Position numbers and translations under genes: made by a program. Positions 1 to 11,130 of a DNA stretch of 64,000 nucleotides are shown one piece after another. Below the pieces are notes generated by a model. The model saw only the letters and a list, made by a program, of their open reading frames with translations, was not told where the DNA came from and ran no database searches. Location: the NCBI GenBank assembly GCA_026770705.1, contig JANJGN010000008.1:163370001-163434000 (forward strand), written 5' to 3'. This stretch comes from Isurus oxyrinchus (Eukaryota). Position 1 is the first letter of the stretch. Every line of letters starts with the position of its first letter.

Positions 1-289
1 ATCATGAGTGCGGATCTCAGTGCTCAAAGGGGCACCCTCACTGCAACTCGCCAATTTGTGCTCCAGCAAATACCAGGGATGCTGAGGTACTGCCCCCGGG
101 GGAAAGAGACAGTGACTCTGTGGTACACAAACCTGCGGGTCGTCTCTCAGGATGCAGCGTTTGTGCCTCTACCACTTACGTTCTGCCCTTGCCCTTGTTA
201 CTGCCTCTCAGACAGCCAACCCTGCCTGGTTCCACCTACGTAGAAATGGTGCAGTTTGAAACCTCGTCCTCAATTCCTTGGGCTGCTTG

Positions 290-1600
290 GCCAAAAGCTT
301 GGTCAAACAGGCAGGTTTTAAGGAGTATCTTAGAGGAAAAAGCGGTCAGGAGCTGGAGAGATGTGAGGAGGGAATTCCAGAGCTTAGGACTTAGGCAGCT
401 GAGGGCAAAACCATCAAGAGTGGAGTAATTAAAATCAAGGTGCTAAAATGAGAGAAGCACAAGTATCTTGGAGGGTTGCAGGGCTGGAGGAGATCGGTTA
501 CTGTGATAGGGAGAGGCAAGGTCATGGAGGGATTTTAAAACAAGGATGGGAATGTTAAAATTGAGGCATTGCTCAAATGGGTGGTGATGTAGCCCAGCAT
601 AGGGGAATGGGACTTGGTCCGATTAAGAAGACAGGAAGCCGAATTTTGGATGACATCAAGTTTACGGAGAGCAGAATGTGGCAGAGCAGCCAGGAGTGCG
701 TTGGAGTGGTCAGGTCTAGAGGTAGTGAAGTCATAGTTAAGGGTCTCAGCAGGAGATGAGCTGAGAAAGGGGCAAAATTGGGTAATATTACAGAGGTGGA
801 AATGGGTGATCTTAGTGAAGCACAGAAATGTGGCTGGAAACTCATGTCTGACTCCAGCATGAAATTCAGATTGAGAACAGTCCGCTTCAGTCTCAGACCA
901 TTACCAGGGAGAGGAATGGAGTCAGTGAGTAGGGAACAGAGTTTGTAGTGAGACCAAAGGCAATGGCTTAGATCTTGCCAATATTTAATTGGAGGGAATT
1001 TCTGCTCATGAAATACTGAATGTAAGGCAAGCAGACTGATAATTTTGTGACAACGGAGGAGTCAAAAGAGGTGGTGGTGAGGTAGAGCTGGGTGTTGTTA
1101 ACATACACATGAAAATTGATGCTCTATTTTTGGAAGCTGTTGCTAAGGGGCAGTATGTAGATGAGAAATAGGAGGGGCCAAGGATAGATCGAGACAGATC
1201 GAGAAGGACAAGGAGGGAGAGTTTGTCTTTGTCACAGTCACACAGGTTATTGTTTGTGACTTTAGCAACAGCTATGCAGATACTAGGGCAGGGAGACAAA
1301 TTCAAACATGGAGTTCCAGGGAAAGATGGGCATGGGTTTGGGAAGTGACATCATGTTCAAGGACTTTGGAGAGGAAAGGGAGGTTGGAGAGGGGGCGGGA
1401 GTTTGCAAGGATAACGGGGTCAAAGGTTGTTTTTTTTATGAAGCGAGGAGTGATGAGAACAGATTTAAAGGAGAGATGGACAGTACCTGAAGACAGGGAA
1501 CCGTTTACAATATCAGTTAATGTGCAGAGCAGGGAGGGAAGTCGCGTGGTCAGCAGTTTAGTGAGAATAAGACCGATGAAAAGTTCCCACAAGATAGGTC
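290..1600 (-). mobile_element. L2 LINE, decayed 3' part of ORF2 (RT region to near the 3' end)
   Basis: Minus ORF 1302-1592 contains KKTTFDPVILANSRPLSNLPFLSKVLE, matching the L2/CR1 RT N-terminal YRPISNLPFLSK motif. It is homologous to the other L2 copies at 4027-4770 and 62594-63570. Frameshifted. Confidence 0.85.
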
Positions 1601-1614
1601 TTCAGGGAATGCAC

Positions 1615-3400
1615 GAGGGTGGACAATTCAGTTTTGTTTGTATAATTGGTCATGTTGTTGGATAAAGATGTTAATAAAATGATTTTTGTTGGTGGCTTTT
1701 ATTGTGGTATGTTAGCCAAGGCGGCACTGTAATGGCACATCACAGATGGAAGTGACAGTGGGGAATACCGGGTCCATTTGCAGTAAAGGGAAATTGTCCA
1801 CTGGGAGCTGGAGTCTGAGTAGGTGGAGTGAGGGGTGCAACCCTGATGGAAAACACAGGAGACCACCATAGACTTGGACACCATGTACTGGGTGCGGGGG
1901 GGGGACCCGGGCATCTGCTGCATGACGGTCCTGGTGGCTCCATGGCTCTCATTATGTACACAGCAACCTCACATGCGCAGGTAGCAGAGGGAGTCATTAG
2001 CCTCATGTACAAGGGGTAGCCTTTGTCCCCAAGCAGCCACCCATAGAGGCATGAAGATGGTGGGAATGGTGGCCAGCCTCAGAATGAAGGCATCTTGGCT
2101 GCTGCCAGGATGATGGGCATTCACCGACATGATGCCCTGTGCATGTTCACACACCAATTGCGCATTGATTGAGTGATAGCCTTGCTAATACCTCTTCCAA
2201 TTTACACAGGCAGGGGGTGGGTGGGGGGGAAGTTCCTGCAGAGCCATGAATTCGGTTAATGGTGTCCTGCATCATCGGGAATCCCACTATCCTGGCAAAG
2301 CCATGTGCCCTCTCACCCTGCTCTCCCTATTCAGATGGCCTGTCATTGCCCCGCTGCATCAATAGGCAGCCAACTGGGAGATGTTGGAAATGTTCCCCGC
2401 TCCCATCTGGATAGAGCCGGATGCATAAATGTTCAATGCCACTGTAACGTTCGTGGCCACTGGCAGTGCCATCCTCATCCTGGTAGAAGGTTCCAGGTCA
2501 TGTTGGTGGAACTGGAAGAGTTCCTGCTGTTGAGGCTGAGTCACTTCAGGCACTGCTCCTGGGTCGGGGGCGGTGTGGGAGGTGCTCTTGAAAGACCCCA
2601 TGGCGGCCAGGGCTCCTGCCTCTCCTCCTGTCTCTTTGCAGAGCTTCCCTTCTCTGCAGGCCCTGCTCCATTTCATGGTCATGTTGCAAACGCAGGCAAC
2701 TGCAACCACAGCCCCTATTCCTTTTGTAGACTCAGGTCACCCAATCTTCTGGGCTCCCTGAGTATATGGAGCAGCCTGCCACAAAACCTCCAAAAAAAAA
2801 TACAAGTGCAGCGCTGCCAATAACTTTGGCACAGTAGACGCAAGTCCAAAGCACATTCGCCTGCAAGTTGGATGCCTGGCCCTTTAAATAACGCTAGTGG
2901 GTGCAGGGGACGGGGTTCAGTCAACATGCAGTGACTCAGTGGGCGCTAAATCAGCCAGAACAGCTGATTGAAGTCACAGTCAGACCTCCCCTCTTGCTGC
3001 CAGTGCACACATGGCACCACCATGATATTGCCCCCACCAGGCATAGGATGCCATACAGCAAATGGCCAGGAGCATAGCTCAAGCCATTTTATGGCTTTGG
3101 GGCTTCACTAGCATTGGCACCAGGTGGCATTACAGAGTCCAAAGCCGTGGCCTTAGGCTGCAGGGTCATTCACTGCTGAGTCCAGATTTACTCACCAGTG
3201 TTCTTCTTAGCTGTATCCGGCCCCTGCCTCAGTTACTTGACTTGCCAACAGTAGCTATGGGAGATCAGTCAGGACGTAGTTTGCATCCATTTTACTTTTC
3301 AAGTTATCTCAAATTTGGAGAGTTTGTCACTTACCCATCATCTGATTTTTATACCAAAAAATCCCTGCTCCCGAAAATGCTTTTCCACACAAATTTCCCT
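1615..3400 (-). mobile_element. PIF/Harbinger DNA transposon remnant carrying the transposase gene; ends approximate
   Basis: Contains the transposase pseudogene listed next. Segment 2860-2900 (ctgcaagttggatgcctggccctttaaataacgctagtg) is shared with 15670-15710 in the second Harbinger element. Confidence 0.65.
1700..2717 (-). pseudogene. Harbinger (HARBI1-like, DDE_Tnp_4) transposase pseudogene
   Basis: Minus-strand motifs occur in the expected order: ALPVATNVTVALNIYASGSIQ..GNISNISQ; GFPMMQDTINRIH (degenerate GFP..GAIDCTH); KGYHSINAQLVCEH..VNAHHPGSSQDAFILR; WLLGDKGYPL..LMTP (about 1990-2040); VSKSMVVSCVFH. Several frameshifts. Confidence 0.88.
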
Positions 3401-3673
3401 TTGCAATAACTTACTAACAATTAACAGGTGCGTATGTTTGGTTGGGAAAAGTTAACGGGCAGAAGGCCCCAGCTTTCTGTATGAATAGAGGGATTTTCTG
3501 TCCATTTTCTAAAAACAAAATCATTGCCTGGTAAACACAAGTGCATCCTGGGAGCTTTATCCTGAAAATCTGGTGAATCTCTTCAGCTAATCGTGATTCC
3601 CTGGGGAGGTCAATGAATTCCATAGGCACAGACCTTCCATGCTAAAGATTGTTACAGGCAATTCAAATACAGT

Positions 3674-4770
3674 AACTTGCATTTATATAGTGCCCTTAAT
3701 GTAATAAAATGAATAAAATGTAATAACATATGAACATAAAAACAAGCAGGAGTAAGCTATTCGGCCCCTTTAACCTGCTCCCCCATTTAAAAAGATCATG
3801 GCTGATCTGACAGTAACCTCAAATCTGCATCCCATCTGACCCCGATAATCTATCACTCCCTTGTTTACCAAGAATCTATCCACCTCTGCCTTAAAAATAT
3901 TCAAAGGCTCTGCTTCCACTGCCTTTTCAGGAAGAGAGTTCCAAAGGCTCAGGATCCTCGGAGAGAAAACTTCGCTTCATCTCTGTTTTAAATGGGCAAA
4001 CCCGTATTTTTAAACAGTGACCCACTATCAAACAAAACTCAACAGCAGGCCACACAGGGAGACACTAGGCCAGATAACAAAAGCCTTATTCAAGGACACT
4101 GCCCGAAGGAGGAAACTCAGCAGTTGAAGGCACCGAAATTGCGACACACAAGAGGCTGGACTCGGCTGAGCAGAGAGATCCTGGGGGGTGGGGGGGGGGG
4201 GGGGGGGGGGGTCCATGTGGCCAAAGGAAGTAACAGAGAGGAGGAGGAGCAAGGCCATGGAGGGACAGGAAAACAAGGATGCGGAGTTTAAAATCAAGCC
4301 GTTGCCAAACCAGGAGCCAATGCAATCCAGTGAGCAAAGGGAAGACAGGCGAGTGGGACTTGATGCGAGTTGGGACACGGGCAGTGGGACTTTGAATGGC
4401 CTCAAGTTTGTGGAGGGTAGAACCAGGGAGGCCGGCCAGGAGTGCGTTAGAATAGTCAAGTCCAGAGGCAAGAAAGACATAGATGAGGGTTTCAGCAGCA
4501 GATAAGCTGAGCCTAAGGGAGAAAGTGGGCGACGCCACAGAGATAGAAACAGGAGACCTTTGTGATATGTGGGTATGACGTTCATCTCTGCATCAAATAT
4601 GACACCAGGACTGTGAATAGTCTGGTCCAGCCGCTGCTGGTTGCCAGGGAGAGGGATAATGCTGCTGGCTAGGGAACAGAGTTTGTGTTGGGAACTGAAG
4701 GCAATGCTTTTCTGTCTTCCCAATATTTAATTGGAGGAAACGGTATCGGATGTTGGACAAGCAGACTGAC
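3674..4770 (-). mobile_element. L2 LINE 3' portion, interrupted by a CR1 insertion
   Basis: The L2 3' tail (aacttgcatttatatagtgcc) is at 3674. The element resumes at about 4027 (atcaaacaaaa). ORF 4086-4538 reads AAETLIYVFLASGLDYSNALLAGLP..HKLEAIQ..LHWL, the L2 ORF2 C-terminus. Confidence 0.85.
3725..4026 (-). mobile_element. CR1 LINE 3'-end fragment nested in L2
   Basis: aacataaaaacaagcaggagtaagctattcggcccc...aagatcatggctgatctg is the reverse of a CR1 3' UTR and is homologous to 38247-38470. Confidence 0.75.
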
Positions 4771-5465
4771 AGAAGCTGTGACTGATAATTGATAATTAAA
4801 AGTGATAATTGTATGGATAAGCTTGATTATTTTCCTATGAATGTAATTGCGTTACAAATTGTATTTTCAATAATACACCCTCAGCTTAATAGAGAACTAA
4901 GATTGGGATTTTAAGCAATTTGAACAGCCCACATTCAATTTTTTCCTTATGTACATGTACATAGGTATTGCTGACTATCCACGTTTGATTCCAGCATTTT
5001 CTTTAACTTCATGATTGGCAGTTTTCATTACTACTTTCTGATAGTATCTGAGATTGATCATTGTTTCATTAATAGCAAGTTTGAACTAATCAAGTGCATG
5101 TCTGTCATGTACTTCCGCATACAGACAACATGGCATGCAAAGTGCAACATCTCAATTGTGATTGACAGAATGTATGATATACAAAACTTATACATACATA
5201 CCAATAGGTCCTCCGAGGCATTGCTCATTGTAGCACTATAACCTCTGACTCACAAAGATGAATGGGGCACACTTCCAAGTAAAGAATTTGCAGAGATTTG
5301 TGACATATCTCCCAAGAAATAGTGATTTTTTTTAAGGCTTCTTGGAAAATAAATATTTCCTTCCCCTCTGCAAGTAGGAAAATAAATAAAATATCACAGT
5401 TTCATAAATATATCCCCACACATAGCATAGGGAAGCAAATCTTTGATATTTGTTTGTATTTATGT

Positions 5466-6210
5466 TGTTTGTGGATGGGGTGCCAATCAAGCAGGTTGCT
5501 TTGTCTTGGATGGTGTTGAGCTTCTTGAGTGTTATTGGAGCTGCACTCATCCAGGTAGGTGGAGAGTATTCCATCACATTCCTGACTTGCGCCTTGTAGA
5601 TGGTGGACAGGCTTTGGGAGCCAGGAGATGAGTTACTCGCTGCAGGATTCCTCACCTCTGATCTGCTCTTGTAGCCATGAGTCCACCATCTGTTTGGCAC
5701 AAGTCAGGAGTGTGATGGAATACTCTCCACTTGCCTGGATGCGTGCAGCTCCAGCAACACTGAAGAAGCTTGACATCATCCAGGACAAAGCAGCTCACTT
5801 GACTGGCACCCCATCCACAAACATTTACTCTCTCTACCACCGACACACAGTGGCAACAGTGAGTACCATCTACAAGATGCATTGCAGAAACTCACCAAGC
5901 TTCCTCGGACAGAACCTTTTGAACCTAAGACTGCTACCATCTAGAAAGACAAGGAACGCGGATGCACGTGAACATCACCACCTGGAAGTTCCCCTCCAAG
6001 CCACTCACCATCCTGACTTGGAAATATATCGCCGTTCCTTCACTGTCACTGGGTCAAAATCCTGGAATCCCCTTCCTTACAGCACTGTGGGTGTACCGAC
6101 ACCACATGGACTGCAGCGGTTCAAGAAGTCAGCTCACCACCACCTTTAGGGATGGGCAATAAATGCTGGCTTAGCCAGCGGCGTCCACATCCCGTGAATT
6201 AATTTAAAAA
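5466..6210 (+). mobile_element. CR1-clade LINE 3' end with an inverted 5' segment (5466-5677 minus, 5681-6210 plus)
   Basis: Both orientations translate to QVR.VMEYSP..WM.AAP.TLKKL..IQDKA..L.GTPSTN. The plus part ends in the family tail gggcaataaatgctggc...cacatcccgtgaatt. Confidence 0.85.
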
Positions 6211-6400
6211 ATAAAAACGGTAAACTTAAATAATTAAACCAATCAATTAAACTATCTTTTCAGCTTCAAATATCTTTTGTACGATGCTTAATGATTCTGC
6301 TTTAATCATGTTTAAATTCAGAATTTTCCTCTGCACTTGAATAATAGTGCAATCCTTTGATCATTTCTATTCCGTATACATTAGTCACTTTGTACTCACA

Positions 6401-6573
6401 GGCTGGAGTTTTCCAGTCCCTCACGCCCACAGGATCTTTGGATCCCGCCAGTATGAATGGAGATTACAATGGCACGTTAGCCCCACCATGGTTTTGGGAG
6501 GTGGGGGAGGGGGGGGTGGAGAGAGGGGTTTGCAGGTGTGGGGGCCGGAGGGGGGGGCTGGAAAATTGCTGCC
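6401..6573. mobile_element. Short non-autonomous TIR element (MITE), degraded
   Basis: Termini ggctggagttttccagtcc and ggctggaaaattgctgcc. The central aatgga..aatggc motif resembles the copy at 35219-35334. Confidence 0.5.
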
Positions 6574-7049
6574 ACTGTAACTCCCGATACCACTTGGAAA
6601 GCTTTTTGCTATGTGTACATTTGCATTCTGTTTCTTGCTGTTACAAACAAAGTGATGTGAGCATTTGTAATATATCACAGCACAGAAAAATGAAATAGAT
6701 TTCAAATGGAAAGCTTAATTGTCATACATACAGTATGCAAGCAACCCAAATATGTATTTTTAGGAAAAACTGCCTCCAAAAAGTTTAGAGTACATGATTT
6801 ATCTTGCTCGAATATTTTATACAAAAGAAAATTTCTGGTCCTAAAAGTATTCCCTTGCTCTTAGCACTACTTCTCAACTGCTGAGTTTATTTCTTTCTTT
6901 TTTTCAGTTGCTAGACATTGGGGGAAGGGCAAGGCTTACAAACAGAATGTTCTGCAGGACACGCTCTATAAACTCCTGGTCTTGCTGTGAATTATAACAG
7001 TTTTTACATGTTGTATTGCAAGAGTGATTGCAAGGACCTGTCATTGCAC

Positions 7050-7695
7050 CCCTGTTGTACCCTACGTAACATCACCCATCTTCATCCTAATTCAGCTCAT
7101 CTACTTCTGAAATCTTCATGCATACCTTCATTACCACAAGACTTGACCACTCCAAAGCACTCTTGGCTGGTCTCCCACGCTCTACTCTCTGTAAACTTGA
7201 GGTCATCCAAAAATCTGCTGCCATTTTCCTAACTCATACAAATCTTTTTCCCCTATCATTCCTGTGATCGCTATCCTACATCATCTCCCAGTTAAGCAAT
7301 GTTTTGATTTGAAAATTTTCATCTTTGCTTTCAAGCCCCTTCAGGTTCTGCCCCTCCCTATCGCTGTAATCTCCTCCAACTGCACAACTCTCCAAGATAT
7401 CCTTGCTCTTCTAATTCTGGCCTCTTGAGCATCCCCGATTTTAACTGCTCCACCACTGGTGGCAATGCCTCGAGCTGTTTAAGCCCTAGGTTCAGGAATA
7501 TCCTCCTTACACCTCTCTGCACCGCTTTCCTCCTATAAAACACTCCTTCAAACCTTACTCCCTGACCAAGTTTATGGTCATTTGGCCTATTATCTCCTTC
7601 TGAGGCTCAGTGTCTTATTTCTGTTTTATAATGCTCTGGTGAAGTGACTTCGGACATTTTATCACTTTAAAGGTGCTATGTAAATATAACTTTGC
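7050..7695 (+). mobile_element. L2 LINE 3' end
   Basis: Reverse-complement homology to the minus-strand L2 copies. Ends in the L2 tail aaaggtgctatgtaaatataac. Confidence 0.8.
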
Positions 7696-8199
7696 AGGAA
7701 CCTGCAAAACCTGGAAACTCAGTCTTCTCTACATAGGTACAGATCTTAATGGGAACTGTTATTGTTTATTTAATAATATCCTCCTGCAGCATGCAATTTT
7801 TATAGTTTATGTTGCAGATTGTATTTCTATTAAAGTGTTGAGCTTAGTGAAGATTACAACATGGGAGCAAATAGGATTTGCAAACAACAATATTGGGAAA
7901 AAATTAAAAATTAGCAGCCATTACCATTTCTGCATTTTTAAGTCAGAGTTTTGTGAATTCTTGACTTCCATTAGGCAATTCTCTGCCTATTCAGTTTAAT
8001 TCTTGTTGCTTTATGACTAGAAATTGGGGGAATCAAGGTGCAACTGTGGCACAAAAATGTATGTAAAAAGATGAGACGTTCATGCTGTGACAGAGACAGG
8101 TATGAGTGCAATGTAGATTTCTTTTAGATATATAGATCAAGATATAGCAGAAATAAAAATAAAGTCTTTATAGATCACTATTTAAGTGTCAGCTACATT

Positions 8200-8700
8200 A
8201 TTGTTTCCAATTCTGGGTACTATACTGCACCTCTTCAAAAAGATCGCAGAGAAGGTTTACTAGAATGGTACCAGGGATGAGGGGCTTTAGTTAGGTGTAG
8301 AGACTAGAGAAGCTGGGATTGATCTCCTTAGAGCAGAGAAGGTGAAAGCAAGGTTTGATAGAGGCATTCCAAACTATGAGTGGTCTTGAAAAGAAACATT
8401 TTCCACTAGTCACTTGATTGGTAACAGGTAATTGACAAAAGAGCCAGAGGTGAGATGAAAAGAATTTTTGCTACACAGCAAGATAGAATGATCTGGAATG
8501 CACTGCCTGAAAAGGTGTGGAAAATAGATTTAATAGTAACTTTCAAAAGGAAATTGTATAAATTCTTGAAGGGCAGCAAATTGCAGGGTTACCAGGAAAG
8601 AGGAGGGGAGTGGGACTAATTGGAAGCTCTTTCAATAGCCAGCACAGACACAATGGGCCAAATGACCTCCTTCTGTGTATATATCATTCTATAATTTTAT
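8200..8700 (+). mobile_element. CR1 LINE 3' end, old
   Basis: Encodes the QRRFTRMVPGM..RLEKLGL.SLEQRR-type ORF2 C-terminus (cagagaaggtttactagaatggtaccagggatg...ttagagcagagaagg). Ends in the 3' UTR tgggccaaatgacctccttctgtg. Confidence 0.8.
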
Positions 8701-9059
8701 GTGCATGGCAGAGTGCTTAGAAACAGTTCACACAAGGACTAGGTAATACCATTATGTGCCACCTCACCACTCCCAGCAAACTCCAAACTAACTTCCAAAA
8801 TGAGGCATTCTAATTCCTGTGCCTTAGTCATGCTGAGTACACCAACTTTGACCCGAGTGCAATGAAACTCCAGGGCAGATTATTTTCTTCTCTCCCGGGT
8901 AGTACTGTGATAGGGCAAAGCGCCTGCCCTTTATTGAACCTGAAATCTGCGTCAGGAGGGGTTTCAGAAGGGTGATCCCCTCCTCCAGGTATTGCAAGAG
9001 AAAAATCTACCTCCCGCAAATATGAAAATATCAGGTGTTCACAAGTAGAGCAGTAGAGC

Positions 9060-9145
9060 AGGTTTTATTAACAGATTTATGTACAGGTTCTGTAAAGCTA
9101 TACAACGATGGTTCTAGAGGATATGGCAATAATGGTCAAGCTCTA
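9060..9145 (+). repeat. Direct repeat copy 1 (56-bp perfect core plus ~30-bp diverged extension)
   Basis: 9060-9115 (aggttttattaacagatttatgtacaggttctgtaaagctatacaacgatggttct) is identical to 11044-11099. Confidence 0.95.
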
Positions 9146-10227
9146 GCTTGGTACAGATTGAAATCCGTCAACAAACCACCCGCTGTGATTTTGTTCAAAC
9201 AAGTGTTGGCATGAATTTGGTGCTGTATAAGGGGTGGGTGAAAGGTTCTGGAGAATGCATTTCTTTCCATTTGGTGTCATGATCAAGTTGTGCCACAGCA
9301 GCGGGTCTAATGGCCAAACTGTGAAGATTAACCCCAATTCTCCACTTCCGTTTCTTCGCCAGTTGTCCCTTTGGGGTCCTCTATCTGAAGTTGCCCAATC
9401 AATAACAAGCTGTGGTCAGCTTCATGCTCTGGATTTAGATTCACTAGGAGTCAAAGTGGGACCGCCCAAGTGTGCATAACTTTAGAATTTTAAGAGCAAA
9501 CGAAGAGACAGAACAAAGTGCATTTAGAAACTTAATTCATCTTAAAGGTGATTCTTTTCCTGGATGGAAAGAAGGTGTTGGAATGGAAGACAAAGATCAT
9601 GCCCATCTGCCATATGTTAAATTAAGCACATTTAATACAGCAAAGATGCATCGCTGGTGAAACTTAGACACACTGCAGGAAAAAGGTGAAAGCCTGTGAG
9701 GGTGGTTGAAGCTGCTGTCGATTAGATCCCTTTTAAGAACAGTTTTTGAAGGTTGGGAGATATCAGCAAAGTGGATGAACGGAGGAAGAAAACTCTAGTG
9801 TGTGGGGATAGAATGACCCAGGCGTTCATAACAAGTCACTCAATACTGAACAGTGAGAGGGGAGAATGCACAATGACTCCGAATCAGAAGAATAATAGGT
9901 GCAATGAGAAGCAAAAGGACCAGCTGTTACGGTGGAGGTATTCCTGGTATCGGTTCAAACAAAATTCTACCTCAGTGTATCTGATATTTTGAACTACTGT
10001 GACACCTTTACAAGTCAATAACCTTTTCTTCCGCATTCTTTTCTGTGCTGCAACAGCACAAAGCATTCTCCATTTATAATACCATTCATTTTAACAATTA
10101 AATTGCACCATTATTTCTGCTTGATGCAATTATCTGCAAGTTTGCTCCAAGCAATTTTTTTTTAAAGTGTGATATATGATAGACAAACACATCACAACTT
10201 AGGAACAAATAACTCTGCCAGGTATTT

Positions 10228-10272
10228 TTATTTTTGTTTTGGATTTCCAGCATCCGCAGTTTTTTGCTTTTA
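10228..10272 (+). mobile_element. Short 3'-tail fragment of the Penelope-type hairpin family
   Basis: ttttgttttggatttccagcatccgcagttttttgctttta matches the tail at 43335-43375. Confidence 0.65.
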
Positions 10273-10985
10273 ACTCTGTGGGAAGCCTCACAAGGGATTC
10301 CCAGAACGACAAAGTTGTTTATATTTGGTTGAAGAACAGATATTCATGAGTCTGTGTACCTTACTAAATTACAGCTAAACCTGCTAAATTTGAATGTAAC
10401 ATGTACTTTGCATGAAAATATTTTCCTCTTTCAAAATTTTGAGTCCCAACAGTAGTATGCACTGTTCTCCTTTATTCTTTAATCTTTGTCACGGATGCAT
10501 CATCAGCCACAATACCAGAATCCCTATTATCTGTGTTTTTCCCTTAGTCAATCTGTCTTCATAGTGAACAGTAAATTCACCCAACAGCAAAAAAACCACA
10601 AAGTCATTAATTTAGTTGCCCAGGGATTTTTGTACCTAACGCCCTTCACACTGCTTATTTTGAGGCAAACTAATCTTAAGTGTGAAGATGGGCAGCTCAG
10701 GCTGAAGGCTGCAATTAAATGATAATTAGGGGGTTACTTCATGAAGTGATTGATAGAAGCTCACTAGGCCCAAACTGCATCTTGTTACATCCTAATAGGC
10801 CAGACACGATTCTCCACTTGAGACAGTAGGCTTTCATCTTATCTCTAGAGAGATAATCTACTATGGGAGTGATCTAACGTCTTTGGTATAGTGCTGTGGT
10901 GCTTGAGGTGAAGTCTTTTTCTGGAAACTGTGAATCTTCCCGAGGCACTGTCTGACAGGGTTCATTTTTCTTCTGCGCTTTTCAG

Positions 10986-11040
10986 GCTTTGGGAGGGCTG
11001 TGTTGGCAGCTCCATCCAACATAAAGCTGGTAGTTGTCAG
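10986..11040 (+). other. Candidate 55-nt internal exon, product unknown
   Basis: Acceptor ttcatttttcttctgcgcttttcag|G with a ctgac branch-like motif upstream; donor cag|gtaagg. Two of three frames are open. No homolog recognised. Confidence 0.25.
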
Positions 11041-11043
11041 GTA

Positions 11044-11130
11044 AGGTTTTATTAACAGATTTATGTACAGGTTCTGTAAAGCTATACAACGATGGTTCTT
11101 GAGGATAGGGCAGTAACTTGGCAAGTTCTA
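11044..11130 (+). repeat. Direct repeat copy 2
   Basis: 56-bp core identical to 9060-9115. The next ~31 bp match 9116-9145 at about 24/31 by manual alignment. Confidence 0.95.

Noticed and set aside
4028-4723. Longest ORF in the track (231 aa)
   Set aside because: A largely off-frame reading of an L2 remnant running through a poly-G tract; not a gene.
8901-8912. agtactgtgata matches part of mature miR-101; tcagttatcac near 11233 resembles its star arm
   Set aside because: Only 11-12-nt matches, 2.3 kb apart, with no precursor hairpin.
9098-9106. ctatacaac resembles a let-7 star arm
   Set aside because: There is no upstream tgaggtag arm, so it is a chance 9-mer.
9060-11130. Repeat pair read as a CRISPR array or as DIRS/Ngaro split direct repeats
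   Set aside because: There are only two units 2 kb apart in eukaryotic DNA, with no convincing second repeat pair and no recombinase or RT remnants between them.
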